A stretch of 64,000 nucleotides of DNA from NCBI GenBank assembly GCA_965223415.1, contig OZ245002.1:1184001-1248000 (forward strand), given 5' to 3'. The position numbers and the translations under genes are program-made. Shown in pieces: positions 1-9,836 of this stretch. Positions within the stretch are counted from its first letter, which is position 1. Each line of letters begins with the position of its first letter. The stretch is from Myxococcota bacterium (lineage in GTDB: Bacteria; Myxococcota_A; UBA9160; UBA6930). The notes beneath the pieces were generated by a model. That model ran no database searches, was not told the origin of the DNA, and was given only the letters and a program-made list of their open reading frames with translations.

Positions 1-924
1 GCTCTCCGAAGCCTGGCCGCCGCTCGCCGCCGATCCCAGGTTGAGGAGCACCGGCGGCCCGAGCGCGGCGAAAGTGCCGATGGCGAGCACCTTCACCCGC
101 TGGCGGGCCTCGAAGCTCACCGGGCGAACCCAGGCGTGCACCTGGGCCACGAGCATGGCGACGAGACCGGCGCCGAAGCCGGCTACCGCCGCCCGGTGCG
201 TGAGCGTGTAGACGGGCGGATCGTGCAGGCCGATCTGGTTCGCCACCGCGAGGAGACCCGACGTGGCGTACACCGCTGGCAGGACCCACCGCCGCTTCAG
301 GATCGAGCGCGGATTCGGGAAGACCAGGGCGGCGTGCACGGTGGCGGCGAACAGGAAGCACTCGAAGACTGCGTGAAGCCGAAAGAGGTGATAGTCGCCG
401 TAGAGATCCATCGCCGTCGTGGCGAACATGCCGCTGATCCACAGGGGCCAGGCGATGCCGCCGGCGGCCCGGGCCTCGCCTCCGCGCAGCCAGCGGATCG
501 TGAGGGCGACGCCGCCCAGGCTCAGCCCGCACAGCAGGAACGCGCCGAAGAGCAGCACGTAGTCGGTGCGGGTGAACAGGCGCGTCTCGACGATACGTCC
601 ATGCACCGGGCCCTCGCCGGAGCGGAAGCGCATGGGCACCGGAGAGCCCACCGGCAGCCCGCGGACGTGGCGGCGGAGCCGCCGGGCCTCGAGGAGCGGC
701 TCTCCGTCCACGGCGACCAGCTCGTGCTGGAAGATCTCGCCGCCGGCGATGGCCGGCCAGTGGGCGAGCCCGGCCGAGGCGACGACCCGGTTCTCCAGGA
801 GCAGGAGCCCCGAGAACGGCCGGTCCACGAATTCGAGGGACGAGCGGATTCCGACGACCGTCGCGAGAAGCCACAGGGCCGCTCCGACCCACAGGACCCC
901 GTCCCTCGCCCCACGCGCCGCCAT
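1..924 (-). CDS. Multi-pass membrane sensor-type protein, N-terminal part (runs off window edge)
   Basis: Not in the ORF track. Manual translation from ATG 924 is open to position 1 (MAARGARDGVLWVGAALWLLATVVG...ELVAVDGEPL...): a PDZ-like segment then several hydrophobic helices. Confidence 0.65.
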   Translation of the reverse strand, partial: MAARGARDGVLWVGAALWLLATVVGIRSSLEFVDRPFSGLLLLENRVVASAGLAHWPAIAGGEIFQHELVAVDGEPLLEARRLRRHVRGLPVGSPVPMRFRSGEGPVHGRIVETRLFTRTDYVLLFGAFLLCGLSLGGVALTIRWLRGGEARAAGGIAWPLWISGMFATTAMDLYGDYHLFRLHAVFECFLFAATVHAALVFPNPRSILKRRWVLPAVYATSGLLAVANQIGLHDPPVYTLTHRAAVAGFGAGLVAMLVAQVHAWVRPVSFEARQRVKVLAIGTFAALGPPVLLNLGSAASGGQASES

Positions 925-991
925 CGTTAGCGGTTTCGGACGATTGCGCCCCCGACTCAAGCCACACCTGCACACGGACGATGGGCCCCCG

Positions 992-2527
992 GTGGGTCGC
1001 TTGACCGCCGTCTTCGCCTCGGCCCTGGCCTACGGCGCGCTGTGCTTTCCGCCGTGGTCCTTCGACGGGCTGGCGTGGGTCGTACTCGTGCCCCTGCTCC
1101 TGGTGCTGCGCGGGCTCGAGCCGCGGAAGGCCTTCGTGTGGGCCGCGGGTTGGGGCTATCTCGCGACGGTCTCCGTAATCGCATGGCTGATGCCCACCCT
1201 CACGGGCCACTTCGAGTGGTCCGAGCCGCGGGGCCTGGGCTTCCTGGTGGCCTTCGCCGTGGTCGCTGCCGCTCCCTTCTACGGCGCGGGGGGCGCACTC
1301 TACGCGGCCGGCGCACGGGGCCGGGGCCCCCTGCTGGGCGCCCTCCTGTTCGCGGCCTGCTGGGTGGCGGGCGAGCTGGCGCGCACGCACCTGGGCTTCC
1401 GCACGCCCTGGGCGTTGCTAGGCGACACCCAGGCGGAGGCGGTGCGCATCCGCCAGCTGGCGGACCTCGGGGGCGTCTACGCGGTGACGGCGCTGGTGGC
1501 CTTCGCCAACGGGTGTGTGGCCGAGATCGTTCTCGCCGCCTGGCGCCTCCTGCGCCGCGACCGATCCCAGCTCGTTCACGCGCGGCGCGCGCTGGTGGGT
1601 CTCGCCGTCGTGCTGCTCGCCGCGACCGTCTACGGCGAGGTGCAGCGGCGGCGCTTCGCGCCTCGCGAAGGCCAGTTCGTCGTCGCCATCGTCCAGGGAA
1701 ACGTGCCGCCCCAGCTGCGCTGGCGAAGCGGAATGGCCGGCCACGTGGTCCGCCGCTACGGCAGCCTCACCCGCGATCTCCTCCTCGGCCGCGTGAAGCA
1801 GGACCCGCAGCTCATCCTCTGGCCGGAGAACGCGATCCAGACGCCCCTCGACCACCCGACCTACGGCGCCGCCGTGCGACGGGTCGCGGCCCGAACGCCG
1901 GTCCTGCTGGGCGCTCCGCGCAACGAGGAGCGGGACGGCCGCCGGATCGCCTACAACAGCGCGCTGCTGGTCGACGGCCACGGCCTCGTCGGCGCCTACG
2001 ACAAGCGCCGGCTGCTTCCCTTCAGCGAGACGCGCCCGCTCGGCGGCTGGCTCCAGCTCGGCGAGCGGGGCGACCTGGATGCCGGCGAGTACGCGCCCGG
2101 TTCCTCGGCGGGCGTCTTCCAGGTCGGCGCCGAGACCGTGGGCGTGCTCATCTGCATGGAGGGTCTCTACCCGGAGCTCTCGCGCGAGGCGGTGCGCGCC
2201 GGCGCCAGCGTGCTCGTGAACCTGTCGAACGATGGCTGGTACCGCGGGCTCGGAGGGGCCGAGCAGCACCTGCACCAGGTGGTGTTCCGCGCCATCGAGA
2301 ACAGGCGTCCGCTCCTGCGGGCGACGACCACCGGCATCTCTGCGGTCGTGGGCCCGGACGGGACCATCGTGGCGAGCCTTCCCGAGGACCGGACGGCCGT
2401 GCTCGAGCAGGCCGTGCCCGAGGCGCCGAACGAGCTCTCGCCCTACGGGCGGGTGGGCGACCTGTTCGCCTGGTCCTGTGTGGCGTGGGCAGCGCTGTGC
2501 GTGCGAGGGGGAAGCGGCCGCAACTGA
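992..2527 (+). CDS. lnt: Apolipoprotein N-acyltransferase
   Basis: N-terminal TM helices; nitrilase-fold E-K-C triad motifs WPENA, YDKRRLLPFSE, LICMEG; also QGNVP and NLSNDGWY. Start GTG 992 inferred. Confidence 0.9.
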   Translation: MGRLTAVFASALAYGALCFPPWSFDGLAWVVLVPLLLVLRGLEPRKAFVWAAGWGYLATVSVIAWLMPTLTGHFEWSEPRGLGFLVAFAVVAAAPFYGAGGALYAAGARGRGPLLGALLFAACWVAGELARTHLGFRTPWALLGDTQAEAVRIRQLADLGGVYAVTALVAFANGCVAEIVLAAWRLLRRDRSQLVHARRALVGLAVVLLAATVYGEVQRRRFAPREGQFVVAIVQGNVPPQLRWRSGMAGHVVRRYGSLTRDLLLGRVKQDPQLILWPENAIQTPLDHPTYGAAVRRVAARTPVLLGAPRNEERDGRRIAYNSALLVDGHGLVGAYDKRRLLPFSETRPLGGWLQLGERGDLDAGEYAPGSSAGVFQVGAETVGVLICMEGLYPELSREAVRAGASVLVNLSNDGWYRGLGGAEQHLHQVVFRAIENRRPLLRATTTGISAVVGPDGTIVASLPEDRTAVLEQAVPEAPNELSPYGRVGDLFAWSCVAWAALCVRGGSGRN

Positions 2528-2592
2528 GCCCGCGGTACCCTCGACGCGCCGGGCGCGCCTTCGCGCGGCCGCCGAAGGAGAGAGGCCGCGCT

Positions 2593-3786
2593 TTGACTTC
2601 CTGGCTGGCCGAGGACCCCTCGCGCATCGATCTCGGGCAGGCGATCCGCACCCTCTCCTTCGAGAGCCCGACGGGCGCGCCTGGCGCCGCCGGCGAGGCC
2701 TTCGGCGGACGCAAGGGCGCACCGAACAAGCTGCTCGCCCCCGGCGAGCGGGTGGTGCTGGGCGACGTGGAAGGCCCGGGCACGATCCGCCACGTCTGGA
2801 TGACCTTTCCGCCGATGCCGCCGGAGGACATGCGCGCCCTCTGGATGGAGATCACCTGGGACGAGGCGCCGGGGCCGAGCGTCTCGGTCCCGTGCCTGGA
2901 CTTCTTCGGCCTGCCCCACGGACGGCCGGCGCCCCTCGCCTCGGCCCTGGTCGCCGCCCAGGAGGGGCGCGGCTTCAACGCCTGGATCCCGATGCCGTTC
3001 CGGCGCCGCGCGCGCATCGAGCTCACCAACGGCTCGAAGCGCCGCTTCCCGCTCTACTACCAGATCGCCTACACGCTCGGTGCGGTGGCCGAGGACGCAG
3101 GCCTGCTGCACGCGACCTTCCGGCGCGAGAACCCGACCCGGCTGGCCCGCGACTTCAGCATCGCCGAAGGCCTGGAAGGGCCGGGCCGCTTCCTCGGCTG
3201 CAACATCGGCCTGCGCATCCTGCACGAGGAGGGCTTCTCCTGGTACGGAGAGGGTGAGGTGAAGATGTACGTCGACGGCGACGACGCGCTCCCCACCTGG
3301 TGCGGAACCGGCCTCGAGGACTACGTGGGCACCGCCTGGGGCATGGGCGAGCACCAGGTGCCGCTGCAGGGCGTGCCCCTGAGCCTCTCGGACCCGACGG
3401 CCGGCCGTCCCATGCCCGACTTCGTGAGCTTCTACCGCTGGCACCTGCCGGACCCGATCGTGTTCCGCGAGCGGCTGCGCGTGACCCTCCAGCAGATCGG
3501 CGCGGTCCCGGTCCCCCGCGGCCAGAGCGCGCTCCGCGAACGCCTCGACGCGGCGGGCCGCATCGCCGGCAGCGGCTGGCTCGAGCTCGGCCCGGACGGC
3601 CCCCTGGAGGCCTTCGGCATCTGCGAGCGCCAGGACGACGTCTGCGCCACCGCCTACCTCTACGCCCGCACGCCCCAGCCCGTCCCCAGGCTCGACCTCC
3701 CCGGCGCCCTCGCCGACATCCAGCGCCGCCCCTACGAGCACCCCAGCGACTTCGAACGCGCCCTCGCCCCCGTCGTATCCCGCTAG
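2593..3786 (+). CDS. DUF2961 / GH172-like protein
   Basis: SFESPTG, GPGTIRHVWMT, WYGEGEVKMYVDGD, GTGLEDY, SFYRWHLPDPI motifs; TTG start after purine-rich RBS. Confidence 0.8.
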   Translation: MTSWLAEDPSRIDLGQAIRTLSFESPTGAPGAAGEAFGGRKGAPNKLLAPGERVVLGDVEGPGTIRHVWMTFPPMPPEDMRALWMEITWDEAPGPSVSVPCLDFFGLPHGRPAPLASALVAAQEGRGFNAWIPMPFRRRARIELTNGSKRRFPLYYQIAYTLGAVAEDAGLLHATFRRENPTRLARDFSIAEGLEGPGRFLGCNIGLRILHEEGFSWYGEGEVKMYVDGDDALPTWCGTGLEDYVGTAWGMGEHQVPLQGVPLSLSDPTAGRPMPDFVSFYRWHLPDPIVFRERLRVTLQQIGAVPVPRGQSALRERLDAAGRIAGSGWLELGPDGPLEAFGICERQDDVCATAYLYARTPQPVPRLDLPGALADIQRRPYEHPSDFERALAPVVSR

Positions 3787-3841
3787 CCGTTAAGAGAGGG
3801 GCCGGTTCCGTTTGTTGAGTTCCCCACGGGGCCCAGCCCGG

Positions 3842-4615
3842 TCAGGCCATGATGAGGCCGCCGTTGGGCGAGATCCACTGGCCGGTGATGAAGCTGCTCT
3901 CGTCGCTGGCGAGAAAGACGGCCGTGTTCGCAATGTCCTCGGGCTCGCCCAGGCGCTGGAGCGGGGCCGCCGCAGCGAGGTTCTTGCGGATCGGCTCGGC
4001 GAGCTGCTGGGTCATCGGCGTGTCGATCGCCCCGGGGCAGATGGCGTTCACCCGGATCCCCCTGGGGCCAAGCTCTCGGGCACAGGAGCGGGTCAGCCCG
4101 ATCACGGCGGACTTCGAGGCGGCGTAGTGGGGCCCACCTTGTTGCGAAATCCCCGCGATACTCGACATGTTGATGATCGAACCGCCGCGCTCCTCCCGGA
4201 GCATTCGGTTCGCGGCCTCGCGAGAGCACAGGAACACGCCGGTCACGTTGATGGCCATCACCCGCTCGAAGGCCTCTGCGCTCATGTGTACGAGCTGCTG
4301 GCCCGTCTTCATGAGCTGGTCGAAGCCGTCTCCGGGCCAGCGATCGACGCCCGCGTTGTTCACGAGGACGTCGAGCCGGCCGTGGGCGCGGTCCGCCTCC
4401 TCGAAGAGGGCGACGACGCTGCCCTCGTCGGCCACGTCCCCCTCCACGGCCCGGTGGCCGCCGCCCGAGAGGCTCTTCACGGTCTCCTCGGCGGTCTCCC
4501 CCCGAAGGTCACTGACCACCAGGTGAGCGCCCTCCGCGGCGTAGGCGCGGGCGATCGCCCGGCCCAGGCCCGACCCCCCACCGGTGACCAGCGCGACGCG
4601 ACCTTCCAATCTCAT
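3842..4615 (-). CDS. SDR family oxidoreductase (FabG-like)
   Basis: TGGGSGLG, NNAG, YAASK motifs. Confidence 0.9.
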   Translation of the reverse strand: MRLEGRVALVTGGGSGLGRAIARAYAAEGAHLVVSDLRGETAEETVKSLSGGGHRAVEGDVADEGSVVALFEEADRAHGRLDVLVNNAGVDRWPGDGFDQLMKTGQQLVHMSAEAFERVMAINVTGVFLCSREAANRMLREERGGSIINMSSIAGISQQGGPHYAASKSAVIGLTRSCARELGPRGIRVNAICPGAIDTPMTQQLAEPIRKNLAAAAPLQRLGEPEDIANTAVFLASDESSFITGQWISPNGGLIMA

Positions 4616-4745
4616 GTCATCTCCCTGCCTGGGCCCCCGCCCCGTGGTAGCATGAGCCGCCGCTGAAACGCATCGGGCTCGACCGGCATCTTCCCATTGC
4701 GTTTCCCGTGCTGCTCCACATCCATTCATCCACGAGGAGGATGCA

Positions 4746-6050
4746 ATGACCCGCCTTCTGATCACCCTGTTCGCGCTCCTGGCCCTGGCCCTTCCGGCCA
4801 CTGCCCAGGAAGACGCGGGCGCCGCGCCCTCCTTCTCGGAAGGCGACGTCATCACGATGGACCAGATCGACAAGCTGAAGCCCTTCCTGCCGGAAGAGTT
4901 CTGGGCCAACCGGGACTTCTTCTTCTACGAGGGCATGCAGCTCGAGATCGGCCCGTCCTTCTTCGACTACAGCCCGCCGCAGGTCTACAAGGACGCCACG
5001 CAGAAGTACGCGGGCCAGGTGAAGCTCGGCCCCGAGAACAGCCTGGTCGGTTTCCGCGCCGGCCAGCCCTTCCCGATGGAAGAGGTCGACTGCAAGGGTG
5101 ACCCGCAGGCTGGCGCCAAGATCGCCTGGAACTTCGTGCAGCGCTGGGAGGGTGCCGGCGGCTCGGCGCGCTTCTACTACAGCTACTGGGATCGCGGCGA
5201 GGAGCTGCCCCTCTACTACGAGGGCAACAGCTCCGGCGTGAGCCTCGCGTTCCGGCCCGAGCCCCAGTACGAGGAGACCGAGGGCGATCTCTTCCGCGGC
5301 GAGAAGCGGTACACGGCCGGCGGCCCGAACGTCGAGGCGCCCTTCGACGCCCGCGGCATCATGCTGCTGACCTACCGCTACAAGGACTCCTACAAGCCCG
5401 AGGCCGAGGCCAAGAACGACGACACCTGGGTGTACGTCCCGACCCTCCGCCGGGTGCGCCGCATCTCGACCGCTCAGCGGACGGACGCGGTGTCCGGCAC
5501 GGACTTCACCTTCGACGACCTGTTCAGCTTCAACGGCATCGTCCCGCAGTACGACTGGGAGTGCCTGGGCGAGATGGACCTGATCGCACCGATCAACACC
5601 AAGCAGATGGCCTTCCCGTTCAACCGGGACCACAACTTCGGCCCCTACGGCCTCTCCTTCGCGGACGACCGCTGGGAGATGCGCAAGGCCATCAAGTTCC
5701 GCTTCGTCCCCACCAACGCGGATCATCCCTACAAGTACAAGGACATCTACATCGACATCAACTCGATGGAGCCCCTGTACTCCTTCGCCTACGACCGCAA
5801 GGGCGAGCTGTGGAAGATCCTCTGGCACAACCACCGCTGGAGCGAGAACGATGACTTCGTCGAGTACACCGGCTGGGAGGGCGTCGGCGACCAGGCGCGT
5901 GACAACACGGTGGTGGCCGACATCATCGTGAACGTGCAGACCGGTACCGGCAACCGGATCGAGTTCTGGGATCGCAACGGCGTTCCGATGAAGAGCAAGG
6001 GCAAGATCCGGCGCTACATCGACGTGGGCCGCCTGACCAAGGGCCGCTAG
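4746..6050 (+). CDS. Secreted DUF1329-family protein
   Basis: Signal peptide; GQPFP...DPQAGAKIAWN and DDTWVYVPTLRRVRRIS motifs. Confidence 0.8.
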   Translation: MTRLLITLFALLALALPATAQEDAGAAPSFSEGDVITMDQIDKLKPFLPEEFWANRDFFFYEGMQLEIGPSFFDYSPPQVYKDATQKYAGQVKLGPENSLVGFRAGQPFPMEEVDCKGDPQAGAKIAWNFVQRWEGAGGSARFYYSYWDRGEELPLYYEGNSSGVSLAFRPEPQYEETEGDLFRGEKRYTAGGPNVEAPFDARGIMLLTYRYKDSYKPEAEAKNDDTWVYVPTLRRVRRISTAQRTDAVSGTDFTFDDLFSFNGIVPQYDWECLGEMDLIAPINTKQMAFPFNRDHNFGPYGLSFADDRWEMRKAIKFRFVPTNADHPYKYKDIYIDINSMEPLYSFAYDRKGELWKILWHNHRWSENDDFVEYTGWEGVGDQARDNTVVADIIVNVQTGTGNRIEFWDRNGVPMKSKGKIRRYIDVGRLTKGR

Positions 6051-6072
6051 GCGGATCCGAGGTCGTCTGATG

Positions 6073-6101
6073 ACGGGCCGGGGCCTCGCGCCCCGGCCCG
6101 T
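6073..6101. terminator. GC-rich hairpin between convergent genes (probable bidirectional terminator)
   Basis: ACGGGCCGGGGC / GCCCCGGCCCGT 12-bp stem, 5-nt loop. Confidence 0.6.
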
Positions 6102-6107
6102 TCTCAT

Positions 6108-6935
6108 TCAGGCCCCGGGGCCGAGCCTGTAGACCCGGCCCGCGTTGGCGCCGAAGATCAGCGCCCGCTCGGCCGCGCTGCAGCCGGCGGTGACGGCGCG
6201 GCCCGCGTCGAGCAGCTCGGCGTAGCCCCGGCCGCGCAGGGACACGGGCCAGTTCGTCGCCCAGATCATGCGCGAGGGGCCGAAGTGCTCCAGGGCGTGG
6301 TCGACGTAGCGCTGCCAGCGGGCGGGATCGGCCGCTCCGATGGTCATGTCGAGGCCCGAGATCTTCACGTGGGCCCGCGGGTTGGCGGCGGCCGCGGCGA
6401 AGGCGCTGGCCCAGGGCTCCCACTGCTCCTCGTTCAGCCGCGGGACGCCCAGGTGGCAGATCACCACGTCGAGCTCGGACAGCTCCTCGGCGAAGGTGCG
6501 GACGTGCTCCAGGTGCCGGGGCTCGAAGGCCGAGAGGTCGAAGGGCATGCCGCGCCGTGCGAGCTCGCCCAGGGATTCGAGCACCGGGCGCTGCACGACC
6601 CAGTCCGGGTCCGGCTCGTCGTGGATCAGGTGGCGGACGCCGGAGAGCCCGCGGTGCCGATCGAGGGCGCGCACGGCGGCCTCCGGCTCCGCCAGCGGCA
6701 CCCAGCCCACCACCCCCGCCACCCAGCCCGTGCGCGCCGCCGCTTGGAGCAGGAAGACCGTCTCCTCCTCGCAGTCCGCGGCCTGCACGGCCACGGTGGC
6801 GTCGACGCCGGCCGCCTCCCGCAGTGGCGCCAGCTCCTCCGGGCCGGTGAAGCGATCCAGCTCGGGGAGGAAGCGCAGGAACGGGTAGTCGATGCGCTTC
6901 GGATCCAGGAAGTGGTGATGGGCATCGACGATCAC
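6108..6935 (-). CDS. Amidohydrolase_2 family protein (L-fuconolactonase-like)
   Basis: IVDAHHHF, GVRHLIHDEPD, HLGVP, FGPSRMIWATNWP motifs. Confidence 0.85.
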   Translation of the reverse strand: MIVDAHHHFLDPKRIDYPFLRFLPELDRFTGPEELAPLREAAGVDATVAVQAADCEEETVFLLQAAARTGWVAGVVGWVPLAEPEAAVRALDRHRGLSGVRHLIHDEPDPDWVVQRPVLESLGELARRGMPFDLSAFEPRHLEHVRTFAEELSELDVVICHLGVPRLNEEQWEPWASAFAAAAANPRAHVKISGLDMTIGAADPARWQRYVDHALEHFGPSRMIWATNWPVSLRGRGYAELLDAGRAVTAGCSAAERALIFGANAGRVYRLGPGA

Positions 6936-6969
6936 GGCCCCAGCGTGGCGCGTGATACGATCCCCCGCC

Positions 6970-8460
6970 ATGCCCGAAGTGCCGATCCACGTCGTCCCCC
7001 ATGCCGACGTCCCCGCCTGGGGACACCGCTTCGCGCGGGCCCTGGACGACGCGGGCGTACCCCAGCGCGGCGTCGTCGCGGTGCTCCTCACCAACACGCC
7101 GGAGTTCCCGTTCGTCGATCGGGGCGTCGCCTGGAGCGGACGCCGACTCGTCCCGATGAGCTGGCGCTGGACGCCGGAGGAGGCGGCCTACGTGCTGGAG
7201 AACTGTGGCGCGGACGTGCTGGTGGCGGACGCGCGCTTCGCCGAGGCCGCCGTGCAGGCGGCGGAGACCGCGAGGCCTGCGCTGCGTTTCGCCGTGGGAG
7301 GCGACCTGCCGGGCTTCCGGCCCTTCGAGGAGGTGGCCGCCTGCTCCCCGGACGAGCTCGCCGAGCCGATCGCCGGCGACGTCATGATGTACACCTCCGG
7401 CACCACCGGCCGGCCCAAGGGCGTGAAGCGGCCCGAGCGGCCGCCGGGCCCGCCGCCCAACGAGGTCGGCGGACCGGGAGCCGCGATGCTCCAGGCGTTC
7501 GTGCCCGATGCCGGCGACGGCGCGCACCTCGTCACCGCCCCCCTGTACCACGCAGGCCCGATGACCTACAGCCAGGGCGCGGTGCTGCTCGGTGCCGACC
7601 TGGTGCTCATGGAGCGCTTCGACCCGGAGGAGGCGTTGCGCCTGATCGAGGCCCACCGCGTGCGCTCCACGTTCATGGTACCGACCCACTTCGTGCGCCT
7701 GCTCCAACTTCCCGAGGAGACGCGCCGGCGCTACGACCTCTCCTCCCTGCAGCTCGTCGCCCACGGGGCGGCGCCGGTCGCCCCGGACGTGAAGCGGCGC
7801 ATGATCGAATGGCTCGGCCCGATCCTCTTCGAGTTCTACGGCGGCAGCGAAGGCGGGGGCTGCATGATCAGCTCCGAGGAATGGCTGCGGAAGCCCGGCT
7901 CCGTCGGCCGAGCGCGGCCGGGCGTCGACGTGTGCATCCTGGACGAGGACGGCAACCGGGTGCCCGCCGGCACCGAGGGCGGCGTCTACTTCAACCTCGA
8001 GGCCACGCCCTTCGAGTACAAGGACGACACGGAGAAGACCGAAGCCAGCCGCCGCGGCGGTCTCTTCACCATCGGCGACGTCGGCTACCTGGACGAGGAC
8101 AGCTACCTCTTCCTCTGCGACCGCAGCGCCGACGTGATCGTGAGCGGCGGGGTGAACCTCTACCCCGCCCAGATCGAAGCCGTGCTGCTGGAGCTGCCCT
8201 TCGTCGTCGACTGCTGCGTGGTCGGCACGCCCGATGACGAGTGGGGCGAGCGGGTGACGGCGGTGCTGCAGGTGGCCGAGGACGCGACGCCCGCGAACCT
8301 AGAGGACGCCGTCCTCGACCACTGCCGCAAGCGCCTCTCCGGCCACCAGGTTCCCCGCGCCGTCGTTCTCCACCCGGACCTGCCGCGCACCGAGACGGGC
8401 AAGCTCGCCCGCCGCACGATCCGCGCACCCTACTGGGAGGGGCGGAAGCGCCGGATCTGA
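6970..8460 (+). CDS. Acyl-CoA synthetase (AMP-binding)
   Basis: YTSGTTGRPKG, YGGSEG, GDVGYLD, LPRTETGK motifs. Confidence 0.9.
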   Translation: MPEVPIHVVPHADVPAWGHRFARALDDAGVPQRGVVAVLLTNTPEFPFVDRGVAWSGRRLVPMSWRWTPEEAAYVLENCGADVLVADARFAEAAVQAAETARPALRFAVGGDLPGFRPFEEVAACSPDELAEPIAGDVMMYTSGTTGRPKGVKRPERPPGPPPNEVGGPGAAMLQAFVPDAGDGAHLVTAPLYHAGPMTYSQGAVLLGADLVLMERFDPEEALRLIEAHRVRSTFMVPTHFVRLLQLPEETRRRYDLSSLQLVAHGAAPVAPDVKRRMIEWLGPILFEFYGGSEGGGCMISSEEWLRKPGSVGRARPGVDVCILDEDGNRVPAGTEGGVYFNLEATPFEYKDDTEKTEASRRGGLFTIGDVGYLDEDSYLFLCDRSADVIVSGGVNLYPAQIEAVLLELPFVVDCCVVGTPDDEWGERVTAVLQVAEDATPANLEDAVLDHCRKRLSGHQVPRAVVLHPDLPRTETGKLARRTIRAPYWEGRKRRI

Positions 8461-8467
8461 CGCCGAC

Positions 8468-8551
8468 GTGAAGAAACGGGGCCAGAGTTAAGAATTCAGT
8501 TACGCCCCTTGGGGCGTAACTGAATTCTTAACTCTGGCCCCGTTTCTTCAC
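8468..8551. repeat. Perfect 41-bp inverted repeat with 2-nt spacer (REP/REPIN- or MITE-like)
   Basis: GTGAAGAAACGGGGCCAGAGTTAAGAATTCAGTTACGCCCC (8468-8508), TT, exact reverse complement (8511-8551). Confidence 0.9.
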
Positions 8552-9772
8552 TCAGAGGGGGAGGCGGCCGGTGGCGGCTTTGACGTTGCCGTCGCGCAGG
8601 TAGGCCTGGATCGAGCGCTCGGCGATGCGCCACTGGTGCACCTCGTCGGCACCGTCGGCGAAGCGGGCCCAGCGGGCCTGGGTGGCCATCTTGGCCAGCG
8701 GCGTGTCGGTGGAGTAGCCGAGGGCGCCGTGCACCTGAATGGCGCGGTCGATGATCCGGTTCAGCGCGTTCGCGACGAAGTGTTTGGCCATCGACACCTC
8801 GGTGCGGAAGTCGACGCCCTTGTCGATCAGGTAGGCCGCGTGTAGCACCATCAGCTTCGCCTGGTAGAGCTCCATCGAGCTGTCGGCGATCATCCACTGG
8901 ATGCCCTGCTTCTCCGAGAGGAGCGAGCCGTGGGCGAAGCGCTTGGTGGCGCGGTCGATCATCATCTCGAGCGCCGTCTCCGCCTGGCCGAGCCAACGCA
9001 TGCAGTGGGCGAGGCGCGCCGGCCCGAGCCGCGCCTGGCCGAGCAGGTGCCCCTGGCCCGGACCGCCCAGCATTTGGCTGTCGGGGACGCGCAGGTTCGT
9101 GATGCGGATCTCGCAGTGGTTGTGCGCACCGCTCATGGTGTGGACGTCGCGGACGGTCTCCCAGCCCTCGGAGGGCAGGTCCACGAGGAACGCGCTGTTC
9201 GCAGCCTGGGGCGTCTCGGGCCCGTCCTCGGTGCGCGCGATCAGGATCGCGAACTTCGCGCCGCTCGCGCCGGAGATGAACCACTTGTGGCCGTTGATCA
9301 CCCAGTCGTCGCCGTCGCGCACGGCCTTCGTCTGGATCAGTGTCGGGTCGGAGCCCGCGACCTCCGGCTCGGTCATGGCGAAGCACGAGCGCATCGTGCC
9401 GTCGCACAGGCCGCGCAGGTACCTGGCGTTCTGCTCTTTCGTGCCCCAGTGAAGGAGGGTGTGCATGTTGCCTTCGTCGGGCGCCTGGCAGTTCATGGCG
9501 AAGGGACCGAAGCGCGACTTCGCGGCCTCGGCCGACACCGCCGCCATGGCGACGTGCCCCAGCCCCATCCCGCCCCACTCCTCGGGCATGTGCGGCAGCC
9601 ACAAGCCTCGCTGGTGGGCCTCCTTGCGCATCTTGATGACGCCGGCGACGAGGGAATCGCGATCCTCCTCGTCCATCTCGTCCTCGGTGGGCTTCACCAC
9701 CTCGGCGATGAAGCTGCGCACGCGGCCGAGCAGGTCTTCGAGCTCAGGAGGGAAGCTGAAGTCGATGGGCAT
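8552..9772 (-). CDS. Acyl-CoA dehydrogenase
   Basis: NCQAPDEGNM, FAMTEPEVAGSD, INGHKWFISG, AIQVHGALG, RFADGADEVH motifs. Confidence 0.92.
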   Translation of the reverse strand: MPIDFSFPPELEDLLGRVRSFIAEVVKPTEDEMDEEDRDSLVAGVIKMRKEAHQRGLWLPHMPEEWGGMGLGHVAMAAVSAEAAKSRFGPFAMNCQAPDEGNMHTLLHWGTKEQNARYLRGLCDGTMRSCFAMTEPEVAGSDPTLIQTKAVRDGDDWVINGHKWFISGASGAKFAILIARTEDGPETPQAANSAFLVDLPSEGWETVRDVHTMSGAHNHCEIRITNLRVPDSQMLGGPGQGHLLGQARLGPARLAHCMRWLGQAETALEMMIDRATKRFAHGSLLSEKQGIQWMIADSSMELYQAKLMVLHAAYLIDKGVDFRTEVSMAKHFVANALNRIIDRAIQVHGALGYSTDTPLAKMATQARWARFADGADEVHQWRIAERSIQAYLRDGNVKAATGRLPL

Positions 9773-9836
9773 GGGGCGTTTCTCCTCTCCACGGGAAGCA
9801 GGCGGAAGCGCGCAGGGTAGGACGAGGCACGAGGGA

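Noticed and set aside
3787..3841. Possible degenerate relative of the 8468 palindrome
   Set aside because: Only partial similarity over about 12 bp; no inverted partner.
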